Source of the DNA: Amphiscolops sp. MND2022
Taxonomy: Eukaryota
Assembly: GCA_964187785.1 (NCBI GenBank)
Contig: OZ076420.1
Location: 11,470,001-11,534,000 of the forward strand
Length of the DNA: 64,000 nt
Direction: 5' to 3'
The translations under genes and the position numbers were made by a program. Numbering within the stretch: the first letter of the stretch is position 1; the number at the start of each line of letters is the position of its first letter. Below are positions 1 through 11,896 of the stretch, one piece after another. Below the pieces are notes generated by a model, which saw only the letters and a list, made by a program, of their open reading frames with translations, was not told the DNA's origin and made no database searches.

Positions 1-19
1 AGTCGGAGAGTTCAAAATC

Positions 20-1402
20 ATGTCGCCAGAACAAGCCAAAGAACTCAAACCACTCAATACGGCAGCACTTAAAGTGCTCACTGAAGACGACTCAGGCGAC
101 GCAATAATATACATCAACGAACTCCTGAAGACTTCCTACAAACCGTCCCATAATCAAAACTTATGGTTCCCCACACCAGATAATCCAGGAGACCCTAATA
201 CTCACACACCGATCCAAAGCCGAATATTGAGGGAAATTAAAGAACTGGAGGAGATCCAGAAGTTAAACCCAATCAACAATACCGAAGAAAGGGAAGCATT
301 CCTCAAGAACTTCAAATAGGATGACTCGCAACTCAACGAAGATGACCAGAAAGACATCGAAGAAATACTAATAGAGTTCAACAACATTTTTGCAAGACAT
401 CGACTGGACATTGGAATCAACCACGATTTCAAAATTAACCTCACGCCAAAAACAGACGAACCAGTCTACTCAAAGAACCTGCCCTGACCTATTAACCTAA
501 AAGAAGACCTGGCAGATGAGCTGGCTTTAATGCGCTACTTCGGGATCATAACAACCCTCCCGTTCAGCCAGTATGCCAGCCCGATCTTCGCTCAGCGCAA
601 ACCGAAGGGCAGACTGCGTCTCCTAGTAGACCTCAGAAAGATCAATAACTTGATCTCCGATGATTACAATAATAATAATCATCCGGTCAGCACATTAACC
701 GACGCAGCGCAACAACTCGCTGGCAAGAAGTTGTTTTGTAAGCTTGATTGCTCACAAGCTTATCACGTACTGCAGATGGCAGATCAGAAGTCAGTTCAAC
801 TTCTAGCCTTCAACTTCGCCAGCGGGACGTTCGCGTACCTCAGGCGGGCCCAAGGACTGAGTTGCTCATTGTCATCTTTCTCAAGCTTCATGAGGGAGTA
901 TCTGGACAAGGCCATAAAGGCGGTCAAATGCACTCAATTCGTGGATGACATTGGAATTGCCACAAACAGTCCCGAAGAGTTGAAGAACAATTTGAGAGAG
1001 GTGTTCCAATGCATCCGCGCAGCAGGGCGCCGGCTCACAATGGCCAAATGTCAGCTCAGCGCCAAGGAAGTCGAATCCCTTGGGCGGACGATCTCCCCAT
1101 CAGGCGTGGCACCCCAGAGTCACAAGATCCAGAAGTACCTACAAACGCTCAAGCTCCCCCAAACGAAGAAAGGACTTCAAAGATACATCGGGTTTGTAAA
1201 CTATTACAGAAACTACATCCCCCGATTATCAGAGAAGATCGCTCCTTTTCATGAACTCATCAAATCGGACAAACCAGCAAAAATGGACCAAGAACTCATA
1301 ACCAACTTTGAAGCCATCAACAAGTCGTTAGTCGTTAGACAACGCATGTGGGCTTTGGCTCAAACAGCCACTGCCAAACCGGCAGTATGTACTGATGACT
1401 GA
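20..1402 (+). pseudogene. pol: Reverse transcriptase domain, Gypsy 1
   Basis: ORFs 20..319 and 530..1402 with Gypsy RT motifs YASPIFAQRK, LRLLVDLRKIN, KLDCSQAYH, QGL, FVDDI (938-949) and LQRYIGFVNYYRNYIP; in-frame stops at 317-319 and ~485. Confidence 0.95.
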
Positions 1403-1966
1403 TGCCAACTTCAAGAACGCTGGATATGATCAGAGGAGGACCCGGAACAGAAAGTCACTTTCTCCAAGAAAACCTATGCTGCAGTAGCATTTGGCTCCAA
1501 AACTTTCTCGCCGTCACACTTGAAAATCTCATTTTATGCCAAGGAGTTTTAGGCCATCTATTTTGCCCTCATGTAGTATAGTCATATGTTGTGGGGCTCC
1601 TCCAAGCCAACAAATGTCTTAACAGACAACAAATCAGTCACAAGGTTTTTTCAAACTAAAATGATTCCACCCTCCCTATGGAACGCCTGTGATTTCGTAC
1701 TCCAATTTCACTTCAAAATTGCCCATGTGCCAGGAAGGATGAACACGGCGGCAGACTTCCTCTCCCGAATGGACATCAGTCCCACAGAAAAAGTCCTTCT
1801 CCAAATCAGAGAAGATATCCAGACAACACCAATCCAAGTGAATATCCAATCCTCCGACATACATGAGGAAGACCAGTTCTACGTCTTACCGGAAGATGAC
1901 TCCGAGACAGAAGAGGACATTTGGGAGCAAAAACAACGAGTGGGTAAGAAAATCTACAACCCCTAA
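1382..1966 (+). pseudogene. pol: RNase H domain, Gypsy 1
   Basis: After a frameshift: LMTDANFKNAGY, YAKEF*AIY, LTDNKSV, HVPGRMNTAADFLSR. Confidence 0.9.
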
Positions 1967-2160
1967 GAACAACAAACTGATCCCCCAGCCGATACAAATG
2001 AAACGAACTCTCAAACGGAGAATTTACCATTAGTCTGCAAGAACATCCAAGACACAGAGCAGGAACAAAGGCGCCAACTACATAACGAAATAAATTTTCC
2101 ACGCAGTAGGGACCGCACGAGGATCAGGACCCCGTCCTCAGAAACCTCAAACTCAAACTA

Positions 2161-3590
2161 TTGAAGGAGCCGTATGACACCCAACTCCTAAATGATGACC
2201 CCAGATCAGCAAAGTATTTAGCCCAAGAGTACCGAATCATCATCAAAGACGGAGTTCTGTACAGACAATACTTTGGAGATACTGGAAAAGTGAAATACTT
2301 ACAAGTGCTGCTTCCCCAACAACTAGTCGACGAATTTATCCAACACCATCATGGCAAATATGGAAAACATCCAGGCATCGCCAAAACCATCCAACAATGC
2401 CGCGAGAAGTACTACTTCCCAGGACTTCCCGCCAGAATAGCTAACCACATCTCGTAGTGTATGGAATGCGCCCAGACAAAGAGGACACCCAACAGTACCA
2501 TCACACCACCGCTGATCGATATGTCAAAAGTAGCAATGGGACCCGAAGACGCACTCCAAATGGATATAGTACCGTTTGACGACCCATCAGGAGGCTACAA
2601 CGCAGTCCTTACGGCAATGGACGTGTTCTCCCGATGTCTTTTTGCGTACAGCGTTGTCAGAATCGATACCAGAACAGTCCCCGGGTCCTAACAGACATCA
2701 TCACTAGGCATTGCTACCTACCCACAACCATTATTAACAGACATAGGATCTCAATTTATATCAGAAGCAATGCAACAAACCACCAGAGCTTTGGGAATCC
2801 AGCGGAAACACGCTACCACAATACATGCTCAGACGATAGGTATCCTGGAAAGGACTCACACCTCCCTCAAAGAAAGTCTCAAAATCATGACAGGGGAAAG
2901 ACGCACAATGTGGCACCAATTCCTACCGATGGCGGTATTGAACTACAATACCTCATATCACACATCCTTGGGTTGCGAACCCAGCAGAGTTTTTCACGGA
3001 AGAGTGCCTTACAACGTACTCGACCTGAAATACGGACTCAACCTACTACTCCAATCAATCACGAAATAGCTGAGGGAGTGTTGCAACAAACACAACAGAT
3101 CCTCAACCAAAGTCAGCAGGCACTGATGCAAGCCTATGTTCGTCAAAAACGCTATTATGAAAGAAAAGCATCAGCGAACCCACTAGTAGTAAATGACTAC
3201 TGCTATGCATTACATCCCAAGGCGCATAGCCAAGCGACAAAGCTGCCGTTTCGAGAATACCTTTGGACGGGGCCATATATCGCGGTCACAACCCTACCTA
3301 ACAATAATTATTTAATACGAAAAACAAACCTTACACAGATCCTGCGCAGAATCTGATTACGACCATTCTCAAGCAGCCACAAACTGCCTGACATCTCAGT
3401 TTCGCCCAAAGATTTTCAGCAGGATACCGAGGTATCCATACAACACGACGACCTCCTGGCAATGGCTTGGCAAGAACTTTACCAAGAACACCCTACCCAC
3501 CCCGAAAATAGCCAATCACCCGAACCTGAATTGATACCGCCAACCCCAGAAACAGGGACCCGAAAGCATTAGTAACCACCCCCAGGAAAC
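2161..3590 (+). pseudogene. pol: Integrase (H2C2 Zn-binding + DDE core), Gypsy 1
   Basis: HHHGKYGKHPGIAKT...CMECAQ; QMDIVP (D1); GILERTH (E); NTSYHTSLGCEPSRVFHGR; YLWTGPY. Confidence 0.92.
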
Positions 3591-4177
3591 CCGGCAGATG
3601 ACCCGACCCTACATATTGCTGACGAACCCGAAGATCAGGCACCCGTTCCTAAATCCCCCCAAAAATCCCATTAAAATCTGGACGAAACCCAGCCTCAAAC
3701 TGGAAACCAGATTTTGCATACTTCAACGCCCTAGAGATAAATTCAGCAAATTTCGCAAATCTAGCGGACCTCGGCCCAGACGGTGGCCTGAGAAAAGAAA
3801 ATTGAAAAGGCCCCAGACACTAACGTGGACGGCCATCCTACAACTTTATTTCAAATCTCCTCAACCTACAATGGCTTTCTCACACTCTCTCACTCTAAAA
3901 CTTGGATGAAAACGTTACAGAGGCTAAATACTAATTTGCAAAAGACCCAATGGATAATTGGGCCGCCTCGAATTTTTTTATCCCGCTCCATAATACCCAG
4001 AGCATGCCATTCTTTTCTTTTTTATCTCTCTATTTTTTCTCGAAATTGAAATGCGGAACCCGAAGATACAAAATTGGATAAAATCAACTAAAACAACAAA
4101 TAAATGACGACTATATACACAAAACTTCAACAAAGTCCATCAACAAAGTTCCAAAAGCCAGTAAGTTTCAATTGGAT

Positions 4178-4716
4178 TTACCATGACGCTGCGCCCTGGT
4201 ACTCCCTTTCTTTGCTTACTGATCCTGCTGTACTCTGACCGACGTCTGAAATCGCACTAGAAGAAACACCAGCAGTCGACATCCGGGCCCTCCACTCCTC
4301 AACTTGCCCCGAATAATACGCTGTGTAACATTGGAATAGACTACTGCAAATACTTGCACGAGGATGACGACTTACATCAGTACACGGATCAAATTCACTA
4401 CGAGCCAGGAACTGATGCCCAACGGGCAGATTGACTTTCAGCTCTTTAAAACATCCCACTGTTAGCAAATCACGTGCCGTAAACTTAGGATGGAGCACAA
4501 ACGACTGTACTGCACCCAGACCAGGACGGATGACGCTTGTTGGCAGATTTGTCCCACTCATAGAAATGTCAACAGCAGGCATAGCAACAGGAGCAGAACT
4601 CACAATGACCCGTACAAGCCGAACTGTCTGCTTTACATGAGTCCGACACTGATAGCTTGCATCGCTTTCCAGATACGTAAACACATCTCCAGTCTGAGAC
4701 GAATCCGTTGACTGTT
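4178..4716 (-). pseudogene. 3' end of hAT-transposase-derived gene (continuation of ORF 24412..25305 across the Polinton)
   Basis: Removing the Polinton and one TSD joins gtc atc gat cta cgt caa cag tca = VIDLRQQS in frame; open to the stop at 4178. Resembles the hAT C-terminal dimerisation region, but AMPAVDISMS replaces the S-x-x-x-x-E-R-x-F-S motif. Confidence 0.8.
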
Positions 4717-4722
4717 GACGTA
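4717..4722 (+). repeat. Polinton target-site duplication, left copy (GACGTA)
   Basis: Identical hexamer at 24417-24422; 6-bp TSDs are typical of Polintons. Confidence 0.95.
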
Positions 4723-5121
4723 AGTAGTAAGAGTAGGAGCTGATCAGGTGGGGGGGTTGGAAGACCCTCCATGTTTTAACATAGGCTATAGCGAGCCGAG
4801 AGCCGAGGAGGGTCTTCCACCCCCTGACCAAGACTGGGCTAATTGTTGTTCGATTCTGATTGTCTGAGGACTCGTCTTGGGTTTTTCGTGTTCGATTCTG
4901 ATTGGCTGACGACTCGTCTTGGGTTTTTTCGATTGACCTGTCTCTGTGAATGGAACCGAGATTTGCTATAGTTTCGTCAATGTATAAAGATAGTGAATAG
5001 ATTCGGCAATGTTTTAAGATAGTGAATAGCGTTTTTTTTCGGTGCTGTAGGGTTTTTCGGCACTGTGCGACATTTTCGGCACTGTGAGATTTTGGGTAAA
5101 AAATTAATTTTTGGTGGCTGC
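4723..5121 (+). repeat. Left terminal inverted repeat
   Basis: Reverse complement of 24021-24416 with scattered mismatches. Confidence 0.95.
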
Positions 5122-5128
5122 AACACTT

Positions 5129-6114
5129 TCAGTGGCGTAGTATTCTAATGTGTCTCAATCCAAACTTCTGATACCAGGATGGGTTTTCCGTAAGGGAACC
5201 CGTAAAGGCAGAATTTGTGTTCATTGCTATGGCAATTCGTCGGATGGGTGCATTGTTGAAAATGTTGTCTTGTATAAATTGATTCTGTCGGGCGGGAATG
5301 ATAAAAGTTTTGGCAAGTATTTCCAAGTAGTTGTATTCTACTGGACTGCGTGCTAGCATATCCATTCGCTTTTTGTGATAATTGTCTTTGAGTGTAATAC
5401 AACGGTTATAAAGCGAACAGTCAACAATTCCAAGGCTAACGTTACGGTTCTCACTAATCATGTAAAAAGTGGGTCGAGCTTTGATGAGTCGGATGCTTAC
5501 TTTCATGTTTGGATACAATAGACATCTTCCATACAACATGAATCCGTCGGGTCTGGTGTGCATTTTAATTCTCCTTGAAAAGAATGGATCCTCCAAGGGT
5601 GCATCCATACCATCTTCCGGATTTGCTTCAAAGTCATACCCTCCGCAATGTGACACTCCCCTATACTCCGAGATGGCCCCTTTAAAAATGTTTGAAGTTT
5701 AAGATTTATGAGCATAAAGTCCATTTGAATTGTAACTTTGCTGATTGTTATATAAACTTCCACATTGGAGAAAATAGAGTGCATAATGTTGTTCACATGG
5801 GTAATTAAGGGAACCTCGTCATTGTCGTCGGTATCACCCTTTTTATCTTCCCCCTCATTGTGTTCCTCTTTGACTTCTTTTTTGTACAATTTCACCAATT
5901 TCAGTACCAAAGACAAATACGTTTGACGCAAATCAGTGTAATTGTTGCGATTAGTTTAAAATTCAAACTCGATACTGTTTTCGTCCAATGACATTGTAGG
6001 ATAAATTTGTTGTTCATGCGAGGAAAGTACGTCATCGACAACTGGGACTTTACCGCCCACACCACCAGAAACGGCCACAAAAGGTTGGTACCGGAAATTG
6101 TTTTGTACATTCAT
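5129..6114 (-). pseudogene. MCP: Major capsid protein (double jelly-roll, PY), frameshifted and 3'-truncated
   Basis: SLDENSIEFEF, DLRQTYL, HVNNIMHSIFSNVEVY, TFIIPARQNQFIQDNIFNNAPIRRIAIAMNTNSAFTGS..NP; ends abruptly at RILRH* beside the TIR. Confidence 0.88.
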
Positions 6115-6116
6115 GT

Positions 6117-6422
6117 TTAGTGTGAAATGTTTGTAAAAATATCTCTGCACGAGCGACTATTTATGTTGGTTGATTTTGTAGGAATGAATCTGCGCATTCT
6201 CTTCTTACTACCACCACCTAGTTGCTTCCTCAACGTCTTTTTGCCAACACTAGTTTCAGCTGATTTTAAATTTTTCTTTCCCCTAATTACTTCTGCCATT
6301 TCAGGTACAGCATATTCCAACAAGTCAGCTCCAACTCTTCGTGCAAGTGCTCCAAATCCTCTTCCACGTTGTCTGGTTACTCCTCTATAATATGGTAATT
6401 CAAGTTCTCTTGAGGCGACCAT
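6117..6422 (-). CDS. Small basic Polinton protein with QRGxGxG motif (PW/core-protein-like)
   Basis: Intact 101-aa Lys/Arg-rich ORF with YYRGVTRQRGRGFGALARR, located between mCP and MCP as is common in animal Polintons. Confidence 0.65.
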   Translation of the reverse strand: MVASRELELPYYRGVTRQRGRGFGALARRVGADLLEYAVPEMAEVIRGKKNLKSAETSVGKKTLRKQLGGGSKKRMRRFIPTKSTNINSRSCRDIFTNISH

Positions 6423-6440
6423 TTTGCACAGTGTTTAGTG

Positions 6441-7246
6441 TTAGTAATGGATGTCAGAAACTTTTCTAAACATTAGCACATGCCGTGTGATTCCAACAGA
6501 GACAAATGGAATCTTTTCACCCGAGGTATATCTTAAGTCAATATGAATACTATGAAAGGAATTTTTCAATAGACGACGATATTGAAGGTTACTACTAAAA
6601 TTTTGGTAATTCATGTATTGTCCAGTAGTAATTATGCCTCCTGATTTTAGCTTGGAAATGAAAGGGAAGCAGCGTAATAGGGGTGCTTTCGTGTCTCCAA
6701 CAATGTTGTACTACACAATATCAGTGTAAATCATTAGCGAATGAATACGAACAAAATCGTACGCAAACTTTGTCTCCTGAGGTCCCTTGCCTCGCATCAA
6801 AATTCCCTTGTCATCTCCAACATCTCCACCAAAAATCTTTCCCAAATCTGTACTGAAAATGACTAGGCTAGAGTCTTCACTAATGAGGAAGAGTTCGATT
6901 TTTTGTGTGCGACGAGATACTTTAACAGTAATCCAATTTTCATTGTGATTGTTTCTCTCTTGTATAAGCAAATTCATTGCTTCCACAATGTCGGGTACGG
7001 AAGAACACAACCCAAGTTCCAAGTAATAGCACTTGTCGTCTTGGAGTAATTTGGGTAATAAAATAGAAATTTCCCATCTGTAAAATTCTGGTACATTGAT
7101 GGGTAGGAAATTTCCAAAATTGCAACCTCCCATTGACCATCCAAATTGACTTGATCAGGCAAAAAGTTTGTAAATGAACTTAGGGTATTGTCAGGAAACA
7201 GTCCAGATGAGGCATTAGAGACCAACTCTATTGTAAAGGAATCCAT
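6441..7246 (-). pseudogene. mCP: Minor capsid/penton protein (PX)
   Basis: MDSFTIELVSNAS..FPDNTLSSFTNFLP..NLDGQWEVAI.EI.YP, then SLMIYTDIV*YNIVGDTKAPLLRCF; one frameshift and one stop. Confidence 0.88.
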
Positions 7247-7248
7247 AG

Positions 7249-8187
7249 CTAAATGACTCTAATCAGTTCCTTTTCGTAAAACTTGCCTTTTGTATCTTCG
7301 CCTTGTTCACCTAGTATATGATATGTGGGCGGTTTGCGTGTAGCAAGTGCAACAATTTTAAAAATTTCGTTTGTAAATTGTGGCTTGTATCCTTTTCTGA
7401 ACGGTAAATCCTGCTAGGAAATTCGAACGCGGTATCCAACTTTGAACTTTGGTTTGTTAAAGTCTTTGATTGGTTTACTGTATAGCAGAGCCATAAAATC
7501 AGAGTTTTTAACATTGCTCGGCTTTATATCTATTGATCTATTTCTTGTCGTATTCAGCGTTGTAACAACTTGAGGCGGCTTGTGAATATACTTGTATCCG
7601 TAGTCTTCAATGTAGCGATACAATACATTTTTCAATGAACGAATAGCTCTCTCGGCGAATGCTGCCTTTGTTTCACTCATTAATGAGTAAATTTGTATTC
7701 CTTCTCTGTTGCAAAATTTTCTAAATTCACCAGCAAATTCGTTCCCCTTGTCAACCCAAATCTTTTGTGGTCTTTTCCGCCTTGTAATCATTTGCGCAAA
7801 GGCTCTAAGTGCCTCCTTATAGTCCTTTGTTTTCAATCCTCTCACGTCAATTGTTTTGTCAAACACATCCTGGTGAACTAGCAAGTACTTTATGCCTCTG
7901 TTATCTTTTGCCAGTTTATCAACATATGCCAAGTCCATACACCAAATTTCATTCTTGTATCTGGAAAATGCTCTCATACGTCTAAACTTGCGTGTTGCAA
8001 GTGTAAATTTTGTATAAGAGTCTTTTGAATGTAAAAACTGCCTAACCTTGGAAACGGGTAGCTTGCTAGCTTTTGCCAAATTTCGTACAGAGCCATATGC
8101 TGCAGGTCCTCGTGTATATAGTCTTTGAAGCTTTTGCCGTTCAGATTTTGAAAGGGATCCAGTTTCCTCTCTCTTTTGCTTTGGCAT
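7249..8187 (-). pseudogene. pINT: Retroviral-like (c-integrase) DDE integrase
   Basis: WCMDL (D), IWVDKGNEF (D), AERAIRSLK (E), PKFKVGYRVRIS; frameshift near 7414, C-terminus ...FYEKELIRVI*. Confidence 0.93.
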
Positions 8188-8554
8188 TCTGATTGAGCAC
8201 TATACTAGGGGAAATGTCGGCTGCGTCCAGTAAAGTAAAGAAAATGTCGGGTACGTCAGCGTTCTTTCTACGCAAATGTCGAGCAAAATCGTGCAACAAT
8301 ACTCCGGTATCTGTACCGTTTAGCACGATAGTGTTAGAGAGAGACAACTTAATGCGTGGGGAAGCTAATAGTTTATCAACCAATTAATCTGCCTTGGCAA
8401 ACAACTTTTTGTTAATATCCTTTTTCAGCGAATCAACTTGGGACGTAGGAGTTTGTTGAGGTTGATATTTGGGTAGGTCCACTTTTAACGTCGTGGACTT
8501 TGTTGTGTTTAGCTTGTTGAGAAGTGAAGTCGGTACGAGGACAAACTGTTCCAT
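8141..8554 (-). pseudogene. Polinton hypothetical protein (~137 aa, one in-frame stop)
   Basis: ORFs 8384..8578 and 8141..8383 are in the same frame, separated by one stop; ends KERGNWIPFKI. Confidence 0.55.
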
Positions 8555-8555
8555 A

Positions 8556-8800
8556 TCAAGACAAGTGAATAATGACAAATGGGGTAATGGTGTCAGCCAG
8601 TTGTAAACCTCTCTCGGACGTCAAGAGATTTCGTCTCTGCTTCCACGTAGTCCGCTTTAGAGATAGTAAGTGTAATTCTCGTTTATATTTAATAACGTGA
8701 TGTCCTTTTACGCTTTGCAAGTTTCCTTTGAGTATGTATACTATGCACTCGCTTAGACACCGAATAAATTCTTTTTTTTGGACACGATTGGAGAAATTGT
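8556..8800 (-). pseudogene. Small basic Polinton protein (ECxxxxLKGN motif; putative core protein)
   Basis: KEFIRCLSECIVYILKGNL...KRELHLLSLKRTTWKQRRNLL resembles a conserved Polinton small ORF; now fused in frame to the ATPase tail. Confidence 0.5.
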
Positions 8801-9524
8801 GACTTTTGCACTTGCGGGAAAATGGTTGGAACGCGTGGAGAGGAGAATAGAGAGATTTTTTGTGCTCATCGTCCAAAGTTATCAAGTGTTTCAAACTCTC
8901 TGGCACGTAAAAGTTTGATGGAGTCTTTCCACTGTTTTTTTTAATAACGTAATCTTTCGTCTGTTCGCGGCGATAAATCAATGAGGAAACAGACGTTTCA
9001 CCAAAAAGAACAGACGTTGCACCTCTTTACCAATCCACTAGTGACGAACCTAGTCCTAGTTGGTTAAATACTAAGTGTATTCATTTGCATAACATCCCGA
9101 GGCGACTTGAACAATGCAATATGTGTAGTTTGTAGCTCAATATCGCGTCCGAGAGTGCTCTTGTGGAACAAGTTGTGTTTAATGTGTATAGTGCTAAGTC
9201 CACAGTGGCAATTTTGACAAATTCTTTGGAACTGCACACTTCCTCACAAGAGTCGTCAAAAATGAGGAGATACTTTGTTTCATTGTGTTTCAATGAATCA
9301 ATCAACTCAAAATTCACTCCCTTGACAAACTCGATACAATCAATTTCTTTTTGCATCTTGTCGTATAGTGATTGATAATACTGGTAAAAAAAGTAAATCT
9401 TGTCAAATTTGGGTTGAAAAGTTCCATTAGTTAGTCACTCGTAAATCATCTATGTTTTACCAGATTCACTCGGTCCAACCATGGACATAAAGACACGGTT
9501 TTTGGTGGAAATTAATTTGTTCAT
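8790..9524 (-). pseudogene. A32/FtsK-HerA-like genome packaging ATPase
   Basis: MNKLISTKNRVFMSMVGPSESGKT* (Walker A), YLLIFDDSCEE (Walker B), LFKSPRD, LIDLSPRTDERLRY; stops and frameshifts. 3' boundary approximate. Confidence 0.88.
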
Positions 9525-9834
9525 AGTCTCGGCGTTGTATGTATTCTCCAAAAGCTGCCCAAAATAATCAACAAAATGATAAAAAAAATTGGGACAAGAA
9601 CAGAGTTAATGATCTAGAGCAGGTTTGTCCCACGCACGTCCAGGATTTGCGTTCACTATTATTTCCGTCAAAACCAATTTTTTCCAAGTTGAGGTTAGAC
9701 CCAGTCATCTAGCTTACTAGTGAGTGAGAGTGTATCTTTAAGAATGTATCTCCTTTTAGTTCAAAAATGTAAGTTGAATAAAAAGTTTAAATTTATATAA
9801 ACGAGTAATACAAACACGTACAAAATTTTTACAA

Positions 9835-10272
9835 ATTGAAATGTTGCACAGTCCAATCTCCAAACGCCTTTGTTTTCCGCTCGGCACATTGTAGATTCGT
9901 TTTGTGTCTTTATGGATAGCTAGAGTACATCCAGTCAGTGTTTAAATGTTGACAAACATAGTCATCCAAGTTTTCCACCTCCTTGCCCAGTAATGTGCTT
10001 AAAAATTTACACTTTTCCCATCCTTTTGCAAAGTACTCTGCTCTATAATGTCGCAATTCAGACAACATGGTGTTGATACGGCTATAGTCCAGTGCACCAC
10101 TTTTCCAATGAATTTTTTGCAAATTTTTGGTACACCAGAGTGTTTGATGTGTTGGTTGATAATTTTTGGGTGGTTCGAAGGAATATCCAGATACTTGTCC
10201 GTCAATAAAAACACCCAATTCTTTGACTATATTCTGTTCTGCGAGTTCAATATCCATCACTATGAGCGACAT
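9835..10272 (-). pseudogene. DEDD/DnaQ-like exonuclease-family protein
   Basis: MSLIVMDIE (ExoI-like DxE), KELGVF, IHWKSG, FAKGWEKCKFL, ENLDDY; resembles Maverick-associated DnaQ-like ORFs. Confidence 0.55.
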
Positions 10273-10399
10273 GACTAAAAGTCTACTAAATTGAAAATGG
10301 AGGGAAGAAACAATTTCAAGTAGAAGCAATAGAAAAGTCCAGTCACGTGACCCAATGAACACGAGTTGGGGCCTCGACCAATCAAAGAACAGTATCCTG

Positions 10400-10803
10400 G
10401 TCCTTTACCGTTGTGTAAATAATTAGCGCCAGCAGCGTCGTTTAGTATTGCATGTAGTCTAAACACTTTGGAAAAACAAAAAATTTTGTCCAAGTGAGAG
10501 CCTCCATAGCCAATTAATCCTCCAAAAGGAAATTCTTGGTCCATTTCGTGGAGTGAAATATTTTCGTCCAAGCAATGACATACACTAAGAAACAAGTTTT
10601 TACGTACAGTATTATTTGTAAAACGGAGCTTCAACCCTGAGTAAAAGCGAAATACGTTGACTAGAAAAATTACGTCCATTTAGGGTAAAGTAATACTCAA
10701 TTATGAATTGTGGATTCATCCAATACGATGCATCGCTTGTAGAATGTATCCAAATAGCAATCGCAAATAGCAATCCAAAGTATAACATACAATCGCTTAG
10801 CAA
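10400..10803 (-). pseudogene. Possible secreted or membrane protein remnant
   Basis: Signal-peptide-like MLYFGLLFAIAIWIHSTS followed by overlapping ORF 10275..10679 in another frame. Confidence 0.25.
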
Positions 10804-11173
10804 GTAACGTCTTGTACTCTGCTAGCTTTAATCAATTTCAGTATCCTTGAGGTATGTATTATTGCGATACAATGTCTACTTTGTCTGTATCTGTTTGAAA
10901 TCCTACGCAAATTGTACGTCTACCATTGTAAATTGTCCATTTAAGGCAAGAAATTTCATCCTCGCGGTGTTCGAATTCTGGTAATTGTTGCAATTCGGCT
11001 ATTGTTAGATTAATTTTTGTGCGAGATGATTTTGGTGTTGTAAGGACAACATGATAAAGTACCAATTATGTTTTCAATCTAAGAAACAAATTTCTATTTT
11101 CGCCAATGTTCCAACTCATTCTTACTAGGTTGATTGCAAAAATGAAAGTTGTATAAAAAAGTTTGCAATTTAT

Positions 11174-11830
11174 TCAAACAATTTTACAAAGTTGTTTATT
11201 AAGTACTTGATCACAAACAGAATTCATTACATCTAGTAAATTTATAACTTCAACGATTTCATAGTTCACATAGACAAGTTGTTGAAAATTTTCTTCCTCC
11301 GTCCTGCGTGTAAAGAGTCGTATCTGCGCGTAGGATGTTTCGGGCTTGTCCTCCTTGTAGCGCAGCAATGTAACACACACTTTCCGCTGGGCTCCCTCTG
11401 CAATCTCGATCACTTTGTGAACGTGCTTTAGTTGTTCGTCAATGTCTCTAGATAGTCCCACCACATTGATGTAAGGCAAATTTTCCTCCTTTGTAAAATT
11501 GTCTGCAGCAACAATCAACTGATTTCTCAACCGCAAGCACTATTTAAAGTCGTACTGTCCCAGCGAAACCCACTGATATCGCTTGAATTCGTTGGCAATG
11601 TCTTTTTTAAAGACTTTGAAGTGCACCTCCAAGTCCTTCTTTTCATTTTTGGTCCACTAAAAGCGTCCATATCCAAAGTGCACAAAGTCGGTACAAAGCG
11701 ATTTGTCTAAAGTTGCATTCATTGCAGATTCCATTCCACGGCTGGTTCTTGTCAAGATTGAGTTCTGGGTGAAGTAGGGTTGATCGTAATAATCGTCAGA
11801 GTCGATGTTGGGTTCTGGTACAGGCAACTT
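11174..11830 (-). pseudogene. Putative tandem PC4-like ssDNA-binding protein
   Basis: Upstream piece KDLEVHFKVFKKDIANEFKRYQWVSLG, then ORF 11174..11536 (KVCVTLLRY...YAQIRLF...QLVYVNYEIVEV); repeated beta-rich unit ending in a helix. Confidence 0.4.
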
Positions 11831-11896
11831 TTGTTTAGCGATTCAAATTGAAATTATGGTTGGAAATGAAAATATACTTGCTTTTATACTACTATG

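Larger units (their letters stand above)
1..3950 (+). mobile_element. pol: Ty3/Gypsy LTR retrotransposon 1, pol region (5' part outside window), degenerate
   Basis: Domain order RT-RNaseH-integrase in consecutive + strand ORFs broken by stops and frameshifts; this order is diagnostic of Ty3/Gypsy. Confidence 0.95.

Noticed and set aside
4717-4831. N-terminal ~38 aa of ORF 4178..4831 (MVRGWKTLLGSRL...)
   Set aside because: Read through the Polinton TIR; the same peptide appears in ORF 24007..24423. Not part of the gene.
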